A stretch of DNA of 64,000 nt from Marispirochaeta sp. (GTDB lineage: Bacteria > Spirochaetota > Spirochaetia > JC444 > Marispirochaetaceae): the NCBI GenBank assembly GCA_963676835.2, contig CAXXFF010000002.1:512001-576000 (forward strand), written 5' to 3'. Positions within the stretch are counted from its first letter, which is position 1. The number at the start of each line of letters is the position of its first letter. This document shows, piece by piece, positions 10,298 to 20,436 of the stretch. Under the pieces are notes generated by a model. It saw only the letters and a program-made list of their open reading frames with translations, was not told the origin of the DNA and ran no database searches. The translations under genes were made by a program, and so were the position numbers.

Positions 10298-12652
10298 ATG
10301 AAACAAAACCCCGTATCCGGTGTAGAAAACAAAATTGATCTATTAAAGAAAAATTTTGCCCACTGGGAAAAAACCAAGGATCTGATCGATCAGTATATCG
10401 ACATCATTCTTAATTACAGACAAAGCGGGCATCCGGGTGGTTCCCGGTCAAAGGTCCACGCTTTTCTGGTTACTCTCCTCGGCGGTGTAATGAAGTGGGA
10501 CATTCGTGATCCCGGCAAGAAATTCAGCGACCGCTTTGTCCTCGGTGCAGGGCATACCATCCCCATGGTGTATGCAACCCTGGCAGTGTTAAACGAAGCC
10601 ATGAGGCTGAAATATGAGCAAACCGGCGATGCCCGGTATAAGAGTGCGCAACCCGTAGAACGGGTCCTCTACTGGGAGGATCTGCTTGGATTCCGTAATC
10701 AGGGCGGCCTGTCCGGACATGCGGAAAGCTCGGGAAAGACTCTTTTTCTTAAGTTCAACACCGGACCTTCCGGCCACGGAAGCCCCGCGGCAGCCGGCGA
10801 AGCCCTGGCACTGAAACGGGCCGGCGCCGGCCAGGTTAAGGTATTCCTCTTTGAAGGAGAAGGCGGACTCACCCCGGGAGCTACCCACGAAACAGCCAAC
10901 TCCGCCTACGGTCTGGCTCTGGACAACCTTCACTTTGTGGTTGACTGGAACGATTACGGAATCGACGGACACAAAGCAAGCGATGTAGTCTACGGTACCC
11001 CGGAAGACTGGTTTGCTCCCCACGGCTGGCAGGTTTTCGGCACTGAAAACGGCAGCGAATGGGAGGGAGTAACCCGGGCGTTCTGGAGCATGCTCCTGGT
11101 AGACAACCCCAACAGGGTTCCCAGTGCCGTTTGGGTAAAAACCCGTAAGGGCCGGGAGTATCTCAAATACGACAATGACTCCCATGGTGCACCCCATGCA
11201 ATGAACAGCGATCTGTACTGGCAGACTAAAAAGAGCTTTGCAGAGAAGTACAATGCCTCTTTCGTAAATGTTGACGGCCCGGCACCTGCAGGCGATGCCC
11301 TGAAAAAGGAATTTGAAGCAAACCTTAAGGCTGTTGCAGATGTTCTCAAACAGGACCAGGCGCTGATTGATTATCTCGCGGATACCCTGGTCGAGATCGG
11401 AGACAGTGTTCCCGCGTCCATCGCAGGCTTCCAGCTCGGCTCAAAGGGAAACCCCTTCGAAGACAAACGCCTCTACGACTACAAAAATTACCCCGAGGAT
11501 ATGTGGGTAAAACCCGGCCAGAAAGCCCCCAACCGGGCCGCCCTGGCAAAATGGGGAGCCTGGGTTAACAGCTTCGGAGCCAAAGAATACAACCGGCCCC
11601 TCTTCCTCGCTGCCTCCGCAGACCTTTCTGGCTCTACCAACCTGAACGGTTTTGCCCAGGGCTACGGCGATTTCAAGGGATACGGCTGGTACGAAAGGGT
11701 CGGGGATAAAGACGGTGTTCTTCTGCCCCAGGAAATAACCGAGTTTACCAACATGGGTATTCTTACCGGAATGGCAGCGGTTAACTTCGCCGACAATCAG
11801 GAAACCGGATTCGACGGCTTCTGGGGAGCAACCTCTACTTATGGTTCCTTCTCATACCTGAAATACGGCCCCATGCGCCTCTTCAGCCAGCTGGCTCAGG
11901 ATTCAGAGTTTAAGACCGGAAAAATCATCTGGATCGCCGGACATTCCGGACCGGAAACAGCGGACGACTCCCGTACCCACTTCGGAATTTTCTCTCCTGC
12001 AGTAACCCAGCTCTTCCCCGAAGGGCATGCAATAAATCTGCATCCATGGGAGTACAATGAAGTCCCGGTTATGCTGGCAGCAGCTCTGCAGCTGGATGAA
12101 CCAATTATCGCCCTGCACCTTACCCGCCCGCCGGTGGAAATACCCGACCGGGCCGCCCTGGGAATGGCATCCCACTTCGACGCCGCAAGGGGTGCATATA
12201 TAGTACGAAACTACAAAGAAGGCAAACCCAAAATGGGTACCGTCATAGTTCAGGGAACCAGTGCCATGGAAGGAATAATCAAGGTGCTTCCCGAACTGGA
12301 CAAAGCAGACCTGAACGTAAAGATTGTATGTGCCGCAAGTGCAGAGCTCTTCGCAAAGCAGCCGGACAGTTACAAAAACGAGATTCTTTCTGCCGGGGAC
12401 CGGGTAAACTCCATGGTGGTAACCACCGCAGGGCGTATAACCATGCACAGCTGGCTTTTTAACCGTATTGCCGAGGAATACACCCTTTCTCCCGACTGGG
12501 ACAACAACTGGCGAACCGGCGGTAATCTTGAGGAAGTCCTTGATGAATCCCGCCTATCCCCGGAGTGGATTTTCAAGGGTATCGAAAAATTTGCAGCAGA
12601 CAGGGATGCACGTCTCGGTCGATTGCAAAAAGAACTGGAACAGGTAAAATAA
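10298..12652 (+). CDS. Transketolase-family ThDP enzyme
   Basis: SGHPGGS, DRFVLGAGH, GEGG...DWN ThDP motif, ADLSGST, DDSRTH. Confidence 0.85.
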   Translation: MKQNPVSGVENKIDLLKKNFAHWEKTKDLIDQYIDIILNYRQSGHPGGSRSKVHAFLVTLLGGVMKWDIRDPGKKFSDRFVLGAGHTIPMVYATLAVLNEAMRLKYEQTGDARYKSAQPVERVLYWEDLLGFRNQGGLSGHAESSGKTLFLKFNTGPSGHGSPAAAGEALALKRAGAGQVKVFLFEGEGGLTPGATHETANSAYGLALDNLHFVVDWNDYGIDGHKASDVVYGTPEDWFAPHGWQVFGTENGSEWEGVTRAFWSMLLVDNPNRVPSAVWVKTRKGREYLKYDNDSHGAPHAMNSDLYWQTKKSFAEKYNASFVNVDGPAPAGDALKKEFEANLKAVADVLKQDQALIDYLADTLVEIGDSVPASIAGFQLGSKGNPFEDKRLYDYKNYPEDMWVKPGQKAPNRAALAKWGAWVNSFGAKEYNRPLFLAASADLSGSTNLNGFAQGYGDFKGYGWYERVGDKDGVLLPQEITEFTNMGILTGMAAVNFADNQETGFDGFWGATSTYGSFSYLKYGPMRLFSQLAQDSEFKTGKIIWIAGHSGPETADDSRTHFGIFSPAVTQLFPEGHAINLHPWEYNEVPVMLAAALQLDEPIIALHLTRPPVEIPDRAALGMASHFDAARGAYIVRNYKEGKPKMGTVIVQGTSAMEGIIKVLPELDKADLNVKIVCAASAELFAKQPDSYKNEILSAGDRVNSMVVTTAGRITMHSWLFNRIAEEYTLSPDWDNNWRTGGNLEEVLDESRLSPEWIFKGIEKFAADRDARLGRLQKELEQVK

Positions 12653-12680
12653 AGCCTGATAATTCTACTGGAGGTATTTA

Positions 12681-13595
12681 ATGACTGAATCACTTCACGC
12701 CTATATGCGCGTAGGCCTTATACACTTTATGGCATTCCCCGAAGCCGGCAGCGGCCAGGGGGCCATAGACGAAACAATTAAGAAGATTGCCGCCGATGAC
12801 TACTTCGACGCAATAGAGATTACCTGGATCAAGGATGCAGAGGTACGTAAACGGGCTAAAGCCCTGCTGGACTCCTCGCTGATGTCCGTAGCCTTCGGCG
12901 CTCAGCCCATGCTGCTCTCCCAGAAACAGAATATCAACAGCCTTGATGCCGGAGAACGTCAGAAAGCCATTGATACCCTCAAGGCTGCTGTAGATGAAGC
13001 CTATGAAATGGGAGCCCAGGGTATGGCATTTCTCAGCGGAAAATGGGAAGAGGCCACTAAAGAAGAGGCTTTCAAGGTTCTGGTGGACGCTACCAAAGAA
13101 ATCTGTGCCTACGCGAAATCCAAGGGAGACCTGAGGGTTGTACTGGAAGTCTTCGATTACGATGTGGACAAATCCAGCCTTATCGGTCCTGCAGCCCTGG
13201 CTGCCCGCTATGCCGAAGAGGTACGCAAGGAATATGACAATTTCGGCCTTATGGTCGACCTCAGTCACATTCCTCTCACCAGAGAATCCGCAAAGGAGGC
13301 CCTGCTTCCGGTAAAAGACTATCTGGTACATGCCCATATCGGAAACTGCGTTGTACAGGATCCTTCAATGGATCAGTACGGCGACCAGCATCCCCGTTTC
13401 CGCTACCCCAACAGCGAAAACGACATTCCCGAAGTGGCAGAATTTCTGCAGGTTCTGAAGGATATGGGATTTCTGAATACGGAAAAACCGCCGATTCTCA
13501 GCTTTGAGGTTAAACCCACTCCGGGCGAAGATCCCGAGGTAGTTATCGCAGGATCCAAGCGGGTTCTCAACCGCGCCTGGACCCTGGTGAAATAG
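12681..13595 (+). CDS. Sugar phosphate isomerase/epimerase (TIM barrel, AP-endonuclease-2 family)
   Basis: VLE, VDLSH, HAHIGN and SFEVKP metal ligands. Confidence 0.8.
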   Translation: MTESLHAYMRVGLIHFMAFPEAGSGQGAIDETIKKIAADDYFDAIEITWIKDAEVRKRAKALLDSSLMSVAFGAQPMLLSQKQNINSLDAGERQKAIDTLKAAVDEAYEMGAQGMAFLSGKWEEATKEEAFKVLVDATKEICAYAKSKGDLRVVLEVFDYDVDKSSLIGPAALAARYAEEVRKEYDNFGLMVDLSHIPLTRESAKEALLPVKDYLVHAHIGNCVVQDPSMDQYGDQHPRFRYPNSENDIPEVAEFLQVLKDMGFLNTEKPPILSFEVKPTPGEDPEVVIAGSKRVLNRAWTLVK

Positions 13596-13620
13596 CTCTC
13601 ACCTGGGTTAACGCATGTAC

Positions 13621-13647
13621 ACCGGCAGCACCGCTGCCGGTTTTTTT
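13621..13647 (+). terminator. Intrinsic terminator
   Basis: accggcagc-acc-gctgccggt plus T-run. Confidence 0.8.
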
Positions 13648-13662
13648 CAGACGGTTTTTATG

Positions 13663-14859
13663 CTAATTTCTACCCGGAACAGGCCCGAAGGCTTTTGCCC
13701 GCTGGATCAGTTTCCTGATGCGGTTAAAATCAGCATCCGGAGGAACTGTGTCTGCAATTGAAATAATAAATCTATTACCATCACCGACGGCATCGAAGAA
13801 ATCGTCAAGATATGCATCATACTCTTTCTCTGAATAAGATCCCGGCAGCATCATAAGGGAGGGAATACCACCCCAGATACCAACCCTGCCATCAAAGGTT
13901 TCCCGTGTCTCTCGTACGGAGAGAGTCGTCATCGGCGCAGGACATAAGGACTCGGCCATATCCACCTCACAGGCGAGATACTCTTCCAGAAGCCCGCCAT
14001 TTTCACCATCGGTGTGTGTGGTAAGTATTTTGCCCTTCTCATGCAGCTTCCGCGACCGCTCACGAAGATGCGGGGTAATATGTTCTTTGAAAAAGGGGGG
14101 ATTCTGCATCATCGAATCATAGTTTCCCCCCATCCGGTACACATCAACGGGAGCTTCAAGCATAATGTCAAAAATCTTATCCTCCATACAGCCGATGGCC
14201 CAGGTAAGATTCTCAAGCTCTTCTGCATGGTCAAACATTTCAAAGAAAAACTGTTCGAACCCCATAAGCTGTTTCTGAATATAGTGCATTGGAGACGCAG
14301 TTGAGGTAATCCAGCCGATTGGCAGGCCCCGGTTACCGGCCATGCCCTCCATTCGGGCAATTCTGTCATACCGGGGTTTGACAACTGCAGACTCAAAGAT
14401 ATAACAGAGAGACCGGTAATCTGCCGCAGATTTAAACGCCTTTTCGGAAATGTGGCTTACAGTAACACCATCCTGCGCCATTTTTTCAGAATAGAGGCTC
14501 CTGGTGGTAATAATTCCATAAGGGGTATGGTACTCGGTAACCAGCTCATCCCCGTCCGAAAAAATGCGGACATCCATGTCAAAGTCCAGGGTGTAGAAAA
14601 TATCTGCACACTGAAACAGTCCTAGTGCCCGAAATGCTTCCTCCTCAGGACGTTCAAGCGCCCTGAAATCCGGTATTGTTGTATTGTAGCCAATATCGAG
14701 ACTCTCAATTATCTGAAACAGTGTGGCGCTCCGGTATTCCCGGGGAAGGGTTCCATTCCGTTTGTTTGCATTGTACCAGAGGTCCAGCCGCGGACATATC
14801 GGCAGTTCGTCCGAAGCTCCACCGGTCAGCCCGGCATAAATACGTTCCCTGTAATTCAT
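13663..14859 (-). CDS. Uroporphyrinogen decarboxylase / methyltransferase-like family protein
   Basis: THTDGE, GIWGGIP and IADTVPPDA pattern of the URO-D/MtaA superfamily. Confidence 0.7.
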   Translation of the reverse strand: MNYRERIYAGLTGGASDELPICPRLDLWYNANKRNGTLPREYRSATLFQIIESLDIGYNTTIPDFRALERPEEEAFRALGLFQCADIFYTLDFDMDVRIFSDGDELVTEYHTPYGIITTRSLYSEKMAQDGVTVSHISEKAFKSAADYRSLCYIFESAVVKPRYDRIARMEGMAGNRGLPIGWITSTASPMHYIQKQLMGFEQFFFEMFDHAEELENLTWAIGCMEDKIFDIMLEAPVDVYRMGGNYDSMMQNPPFFKEHITPHLRERSRKLHEKGKILTTHTDGENGGLLEEYLACEVDMAESLCPAPMTTLSVRETRETFDGRVGIWGGIPSLMMLPGSYSEKEYDAYLDDFFDAVGDGNRFIISIADTVPPDADFNRIRKLIQRAKAFGPVPGRN

Positions 14860-16352
14860 GCGGCTTCCATCCTTTTCTTCCTTAACTCATTAACAGCGGT
14901 GAAAATTACAAACAGAAAGGCTATTCCAAGGAGAACGCCAGAGATGGGACTTGTCAAAAACGGCAGATAATCCCCCTTGCTCATCTGGAGACCTCTGCGA
15001 AGATTGGTTTCCGCCATCGGGCCGAGAATAAAACCGAGGATAATCGGAGGAAGAGGAAAACCTAATTTTTCAAGGAAATATCCCGAGAATCCAAAAAGCA
15101 GCAAGGTCCAGACATCAAACATACGGCTGTTTATTGTGTATGACCCGACCAGACAGAGAACAAGCACCAGGGGCAGGATGTAATACTTCGGAATGGCAAG
15201 CAGCCGCACAAAAATGCGTATCCCGAAATACTCAAGAAGCAGCATCGCAATACTTGAAAGTATAAGAGCCGCAAAAATCGTATAAACAAACTCGGGGTTA
15301 TTGGTAAAGAGCAACGGACCGGGGGCCATTCCATGAATCGTAAACCCGCCGAGAAGCATTGCAGTTACGCCGTCTCCCGGTATGCCAAGTGTCAGGAGAA
15401 TAACCAGTGCACCGCCGATTGATCCGTTGTTGCTGGTTTCTGACGCGACAATACCATCAATAATTCCCGTACCGAACTTTTCCGGATACTTTGATCCTTT
15501 CTTGGCTGCAGTATAGGCAATGATGTTGGCAGTACCTCCGCCGATTCCCGGAAGGATTCCCACACCGGTGCCGATAACAGCAGACCGCAGGGCATTAAAA
15601 ATCTGAGATTTTGCTTCCGTTAGGGAAAACCCGAATCCGCGAATAGCCGCACTTTTTGTCTGCGCCCTGGCGGTAATGCTGCGGCTTTCAGAAGATTTCA
15701 TAATTTCCGATATTGCGTACAACCCGACCAGTGCCGGAAGCAGGGCAAATCCGGCATCAAGATTATAGACTCCATACGTAAACCGGGGAACACCGTCAAT
15801 GGGGGCCAGCCCCACCATTGCGAGCAGCATACCGTAACCTCCGGCAGCAATTCCCTTTGCAAGACTTTTTCCGGACAAACCGGAAATAAGGGTCAGAGTC
15901 AGTATTGCAAGGGCAAAATACTCATACGAGCCAAACTGCACCGCAACATCCGCCAGGGGAGGAGCAACAAAAACCAGAACCGCCACTCCGAAGAGTGTCC
16001 CGATAAAAGAGAAAAAGATTCCCACTCCCAGGGCCTTTCCTGCCTGCCCCTTCATCGCCAGCGGATACCCGTCAAAGGTAGTGGCGATGGAAGAAGGGGT
16101 ACCGGGAATATTCAGCATAACCGCAGCAATAAGACCACCGGAAACCCCGCCGATATACAACGAAACAAGAAGTGCGAATCCCGACATGGGATCCATACCA
16201 AAGCTGATAGGCAGACATAACGCCACCGCCATGGATGCAGTAAGACCGGGTATAGATCCGAAGATAATCCCCAATGTGGTACCAAAAAGAATAATTCCGA
16301 GGTTGCTGAGTGTTAAAAGTGTTTTAAATCCGAACAAAAAGTATTCAAGCAT
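14856..16352 (-). CDS. tctA: Tripartite tricarboxylate transporter large permease
   Basis: NIPGTPSSIATTFDGYPLA, ASETSNNG, LTLGIPG. Confidence 0.92.
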   Translation of the reverse strand: MLEYFLFGFKTLLTLSNLGIILFGTTLGIIFGSIPGLTASMAVALCLPISFGMDPMSGFALLVSLYIGGVSGGLIAAVMLNIPGTPSSIATTFDGYPLAMKGQAGKALGVGIFFSFIGTLFGVAVLVFVAPPLADVAVQFGSYEYFALAILTLTLISGLSGKSLAKGIAAGGYGMLLAMVGLAPIDGVPRFTYGVYNLDAGFALLPALVGLYAISEIMKSSESRSITARAQTKSAAIRGFGFSLTEAKSQIFNALRSAVIGTGVGILPGIGGGTANIIAYTAAKKGSKYPEKFGTGIIDGIVASETSNNGSIGGALVILLTLGIPGDGVTAMLLGGFTIHGMAPGPLLFTNNPEFVYTIFAALILSSIAMLLLEYFGIRIFVRLLAIPKYYILPLVLVLCLVGSYTINSRMFDVWTLLLFGFSGYFLEKLGFPLPPIILGFILGPMAETNLRRGLQMSKGDYLPFLTSPISGVLLGIAFLFVIFTAVNELRKKRMEAA

Positions 16353-16361
16353 ACGAAACTC

Positions 16362-16907
16362 CTACCAGATCAAACCAGGTATTATCCCGAAGGGAAGATA
16401 CAATCTGAACCCGTAAATAAATCCGAAGTAGACCACCAGAGAAAATACGACTGACAGCAACAATACAAAGCCCCGGTTTATACCGCCATGCTGCATAACC
16501 CGTATCTGAAAATTAAGATAGAAAATAGTTGACAGAATAAATCCGAAATACTCCGTTACCGCAAAATAGATAAGAATAAGCAGGGGGGTTAATATAATCG
16601 AATTGTCATATTCAGTTTCCCCGCATGCCCCCGCACTCCCTGATCGGGAGGAAACACCCTTCCTGCATTCCCAATGTCTTATCAATGCCCTGAGAAGCAG
16701 AAAGATACCAATACCAATAAGAAGCAGACTTATCAGTTTCGGGAAAAAATCCGATCCAATTTTGGAGACAACAGTCTTCCTGATGGGAAAGGAAGAGATA
16801 AAAGTAAATAATGAGAACACAATCAATACCGAACCGGCAACGATGTCACGGACCTCATCCGATATTGAAGGGATCTTCAGCTTTAAAGCTTTGTTGAACA
16901 TGTCCAT
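16362..16907 (-). CDS. tctB: Tripartite tricarboxylate transporter small subunit
   Basis: Four to five TM segments, FFPK motif, located between tctC and tctA. Confidence 0.8.
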   Translation of the reverse strand: MDMFNKALKLKIPSISDEVRDIVAGSVLIVFSLFTFISSFPIRKTVVSKIGSDFFPKLISLLLIGIGIFLLLRALIRHWECRKGVSSRSGSAGACGETEYDNSIILTPLLILIYFAVTEYFGFILSTIFYLNFQIRVMQHGGINRGFVLLLSVVFSLVVYFGFIYGFRLYLPFGIIPGLIW

Positions 16908-16934
16908 TTCTATGTCCTTATTCCAGACAGGAGA

Positions 16935-16976
16935 CAGAGTGAGCCTCCCCTCTGCATAGAGAAGAGGCTCACTGTG
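16935..16976. other. Intergenic hairpin after tctC (mRNA stabiliser or partial terminator)
   Basis: agtgagcctc...gaggctcact inverted repeat. Confidence 0.55.
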
Positions 16977-17011
16977 TTAACCTGATAATGTACGTTGAAA
17001 TTGAAATTCTA

Positions 17012-17992
17012 CTACTGGTTTACAACATCCTTGAAACCGTCATAAATGCCCGCGACTTTCTTGATGTGAGCCAGGGATTCCTCCCGGTTCATGAATTGGA
17101 TTTCCATCTTGGCCTTAAGAGCCTCGTCCAGAAATGAAGGATTATGTGCCACCCTGTCCAGGGCTGCACTCATGGTATCGACCACTTCGTCAGGAGTTTC
17201 TTTCGGAAAGAAAATTGCAAAATAGTATCCGTCATGGGTAAAATCAACTCCCTGTTCCCTGGCTGTAGGAACATCCGGAGCCAGGGGATTTCTTTCATCA
17301 CCGAACATACTCAGACAACGAAAATCTCCGCTCTGTACATACTGTTCCGCACTGCCCCACAGTCCAGGCATAACATCGATTTTGTTTCCCTTGAGAGCGG
17401 CAATTTTCTGAGAATTGGTTCCTACGTCTACAATGTTAAATTCAATACCCGCAGCCTGCTGGAATGCCAGAGCCATAAGATGTGTGTAAGCCCCGGTTTC
17501 AGTCGCATAGGTAATAGTGCCGGGAGCAGCTTTTGCCTTTGCAATAAGATCAGGCAGATCTTTAATATCAGACTTGGAATTTACATAAAAGCTGGATGTA
17601 TTCATGTGAGAAACAATGCCCGCAACCTTGAAGGCATCGTAGGAGAAATCAGTGATCCCCATCAGATTACTGATAAGCATACTGTTATGAAAATACAAGG
17701 CAGTATATCCGTCGGCTTTCGAGTCCATAACTTTACGTGCAGCAAGACTTCCACCTGCACCGGCCATGTTCACAACAACCATCGGCTGTCCAAGATCCGC
17801 TTCCAGGTATTTGGCAATAAGCCTGCAGCTTACGTCAGTTCCACCCCCGGCATTCGCCGGAACAATAAACTGAACATTTTTCTCCGGGTACGATGCCGCC
17901 GCCCCGGATGCACCCTTCTCCTTGCCGCCTTCGGCAAAAACTGCTGACACAACAAGAGATGCCAGTAGAATCAGACATAATCTTTTTTTCAC
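17012..17992 (-). CDS. tctC: Tripartite tricarboxylate transporter substrate-binding protein
   Basis: YPEKNVQFIVPANAGGGTD, VVNMAGAGG, DVPTAREQG. GTG start with signal peptide. Confidence 0.9.
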   Translation of the reverse strand: MKKRLCLILLASLVVSAVFAEGGKEKGASGAAASYPEKNVQFIVPANAGGGTDVSCRLIAKYLEADLGQPMVVVNMAGAGGSLAARKVMDSKADGYTALYFHNSMLISNLMGITDFSYDAFKVAGIVSHMNTSSFYVNSKSDIKDLPDLIAKAKAAPGTITYATETGAYTHLMALAFQQAAGIEFNIVDVGTNSQKIAALKGNKIDVMPGLWGSAEQYVQSGDFRCLSMFGDERNPLAPDVPTAREQGVDFTHDGYYFAIFFPKETPDEVVDTMSAALDRVAHNPSFLDEALKAKMEIQFMNREESLAHIKKVAGIYDGFKDVVNQ

Positions 17993-18032
17993 TATTCCTA
18001 CTCCTTTTAGAAAAGATTGATGAGTCTGATAG

Positions 18033-18048
18033 TGCAAACAGGATGCCA
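18033..18048 (-). promoter_or_regulatory. Sigma54 -24/-12 promoter for tctCBA-uroD-like operon
   Basis: TGGCATCCTGTTTGCA (GG-N10-GC) ~40 nt upstream of tctC, with a divergent sigma54 activator. Confidence 0.8.
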
Positions 18049-18198
18049 AATTCTTTTGATATTTTGTATTTTCCCCAAAAAATGTGCATCTTTTACGACG
18101 AATATCGCTACATATCCCGGATACGTATAAAAATACGCAGATATCTACTACACACACATCTATCTGTATATGAGTTTATTTATAATATTTTGCAGTTA

Positions 18199-18217
18199 CG
18201 TTTCATCGAATGAAATG
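18199..18217. promoter_or_regulatory. Candidate upstream activator site
   Basis: Palindrome CGTTTCAT-CGA-ATGAAATG ~150 bp from the sigma54 promoter. Confidence 0.45.
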
Positions 18218-18255
18218 TTTTTTGACAATTCTGCAACACAAGAGTAACATATGGC

Positions 18256-20193
18256 ATGATCAAAATGCTTCTCATCGCACCTTATGAAAAAATGGTGGAA
18301 GATTTTTCACGAGTATTCAACCAGCACAATCAAACCAGCCATAAGGCTGAGTACGAAGTAGAGCAGTATTCACTGGAAACAGTTGTTGCACGGGTTCCTG
18401 AAGACCTGCCGGATTTCAACTTCAATGTTGAAGTTGTTATTTCCCGCGGACTGGTATCCTCCGGACTGCGCAGACTGAATGAATACATCCCTGTGGTGGA
18501 AATTCCCGTCGCAGCCAACGACATTGTCAGGGCATTAAGCAAGGCTGGCAAAATCAATAACAATATCGGACCTGTGGCAGTTACAGGCTCACCTAACATG
18601 ATCATGGGGGCGGAAGATATTGCCGACATCCTCGGTATAGAAATCAAAACCTACCTGATTCCAACTGATGAAGATATCCCTCTGGTTGTGAATCAGGCCT
18701 GTGCCGATGGTGCAGCAACATTGGTCGGAGGCATCAGTACCACTGCCCTGGCACGCTCCATGGGTTTAAAAAGCGTTCTACTTGAATCTGGTAGAGAATC
18801 AATATGGCACAGTATTACCGAAGCAAAACGGCTGGCTTACCTCATGCGCCGGGAAGAAGAAAAAACCGCCCGGCTGAATACCGTATTGAATCACTCGGAA
18901 GATGCAATTATTGTTCTGGACCGAAACAACACAGTTACCCTTTTAAATAAATCTGCAGAAAGGATATTCCATTCAAGTTCACAAGACTACAGGAACAAGC
19001 CGGTTGAAAAAATTTTCCCCTCCTGCCCTGACCTTGATTATCTCTCTAACGCTGTGCCTCAGGAAGCAGTCGTAGTTGAGCATAATGGCCTGACACTGAA
19101 TATCAGCGTATCATCCCTGACAGTACACAATGAGGTTATAGGAAAACTGTTGACCATACAGGACATTTCTAAAATTCAGGAACTGGAAAGAAAAATCAGG
19201 GAGAAGCTGTATGAAAAAGGGCATGTAACCCGGCACAGCTTCGATGATATAAAAGGGACCAGCAGTGCAATCAGGGAAAGCCTCCGAATCGCCAAAGAAT
19301 ACAGTACAGCAGAATCGACAATCCTCATTATAGGAAAAACCGGTACTGGAAAAGAGCTCTTTGCCCAGAGTATTCACAACGAAAGCAGACGGCGAAACAG
19401 ACCTTTTATAGCCCTCAACTGTGCTGCCCTCAGTGAACATCTGCTGGAGAGCGAACTCTTCGGGTATTCTGAAGGAACCTTTACAGGCGGCATGAAAGGG
19501 GGCAAGCCCGGTCTTTTTGAACTCGCTCATCTGGGGACAATTTTTCTCGATGAGATATCTGAAATACCGCTGAATCTGCAGGCCAAACTACTGCGGGTAT
19601 TACAGGAAAAAGAGGTACGCCGTATGGGAGATGACAAGGTTATACCCCTGGACGTACGTATTATATCAGCTGCAAATATAAACCTTTACGACCAGGTGGA
19701 AAAAGGCCTGTTTCGGGAGGATTTATTATACCGGATAAATATTCTTGAGCTGACATTGCCTGATTTAAAGGAACGGCGGGAAGATATCCCCATTCTTGTT
19801 ACATCGATTATGGAGAACCTAGGAAAATCCCGAACCAGGAATATTTCACTAAGTGCAGACGCCCTGGAGTATTTAACCGACTTAAGCTGGCCCGGGAATA
19901 TTCGGCAGCTCAGAAATATCTGCGAGAGATTGTCTGTCTTATACAAGACAAAGCAGATAGATATTGAGGATATACGCAAAATCCTTCCATCCCCAAAAAC
20001 CCTTTCACCTTCCTGCGACGACGAACTGTTTTCTGATAATTTTTTGAGGCAGCAGCAGATTGAACATGAACGCACCAGAATAGTAAAAGCACTGAAAGAG
20101 GCGAATTTCAACAAGGGAGAAGCTGCCAGCATACTGGGTATCAGTCGGGCAACACTGTGGCGAAAAATGAAATCCCTTAACCTGGAATACTGA
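18256..20193 (+). CDS. PrpR-like sigma54-dependent activator (PrpR_N, PAS, AAA+, Fis HTH)
   Basis: GKTGTGKE, ESELFGY..GTFTGG, FLDEI, WPGNIRQL and C-terminal HTH. Confidence 0.9.
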   Translation: MIKMLLIAPYEKMVEDFSRVFNQHNQTSHKAEYEVEQYSLETVVARVPEDLPDFNFNVEVVISRGLVSSGLRRLNEYIPVVEIPVAANDIVRALSKAGKINNNIGPVAVTGSPNMIMGAEDIADILGIEIKTYLIPTDEDIPLVVNQACADGAATLVGGISTTALARSMGLKSVLLESGRESIWHSITEAKRLAYLMRREEEKTARLNTVLNHSEDAIIVLDRNNTVTLLNKSAERIFHSSSQDYRNKPVEKIFPSCPDLDYLSNAVPQEAVVVEHNGLTLNISVSSLTVHNEVIGKLLTIQDISKIQELERKIREKLYEKGHVTRHSFDDIKGTSSAIRESLRIAKEYSTAESTILIIGKTGTGKELFAQSIHNESRRRNRPFIALNCAALSEHLLESELFGYSEGTFTGGMKGGKPGLFELAHLGTIFLDEISEIPLNLQAKLLRVLQEKEVRRMGDDKVIPLDVRIISAANINLYDQVEKGLFREDLLYRINILELTLPDLKERREDIPILVTSIMENLGKSRTRNISLSADALEYLTDLSWPGNIRQLRNICERLSVLYKTKQIDIEDIRKILPSPKTLSPSCDDELFSDNFLRQQQIEHERTRIVKALKEANFNKGEAASILGISRATLWRKMKSLNLEY

Positions 20194-20244
20194 AGCAGGT
20201 AGCTCTTTATTGCTGCATAAATCCTGTACAGATAGAACTTTTCC

Positions 20245-20300
20245 TTGACAACCCGAATATAGTGCCTTAGCATGGTATTTACCCCTTCGATGGTATACCA
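20245..20300 (+). promoter_or_regulatory. Sigma70 promoter with downstream palindromic operator for gntR-TRAP operon
   Basis: TTGACA-N17-TAGCAT (20245-20273) and TGGTATACCA palindrome (20291-20300). Confidence 0.55.
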
Positions 20301-20436
20301 AGTGTATATATTGTTGCGCCTTTGTGTCCTGCACGATGTACACAAAACGTATTGATCGTAGCGGATGGTGTTGTTTTCTTTTCGGGAGTACAATTGATTG
20401 CTTTCATCAGCAATCACATTTTTAAGGACTTGATAC

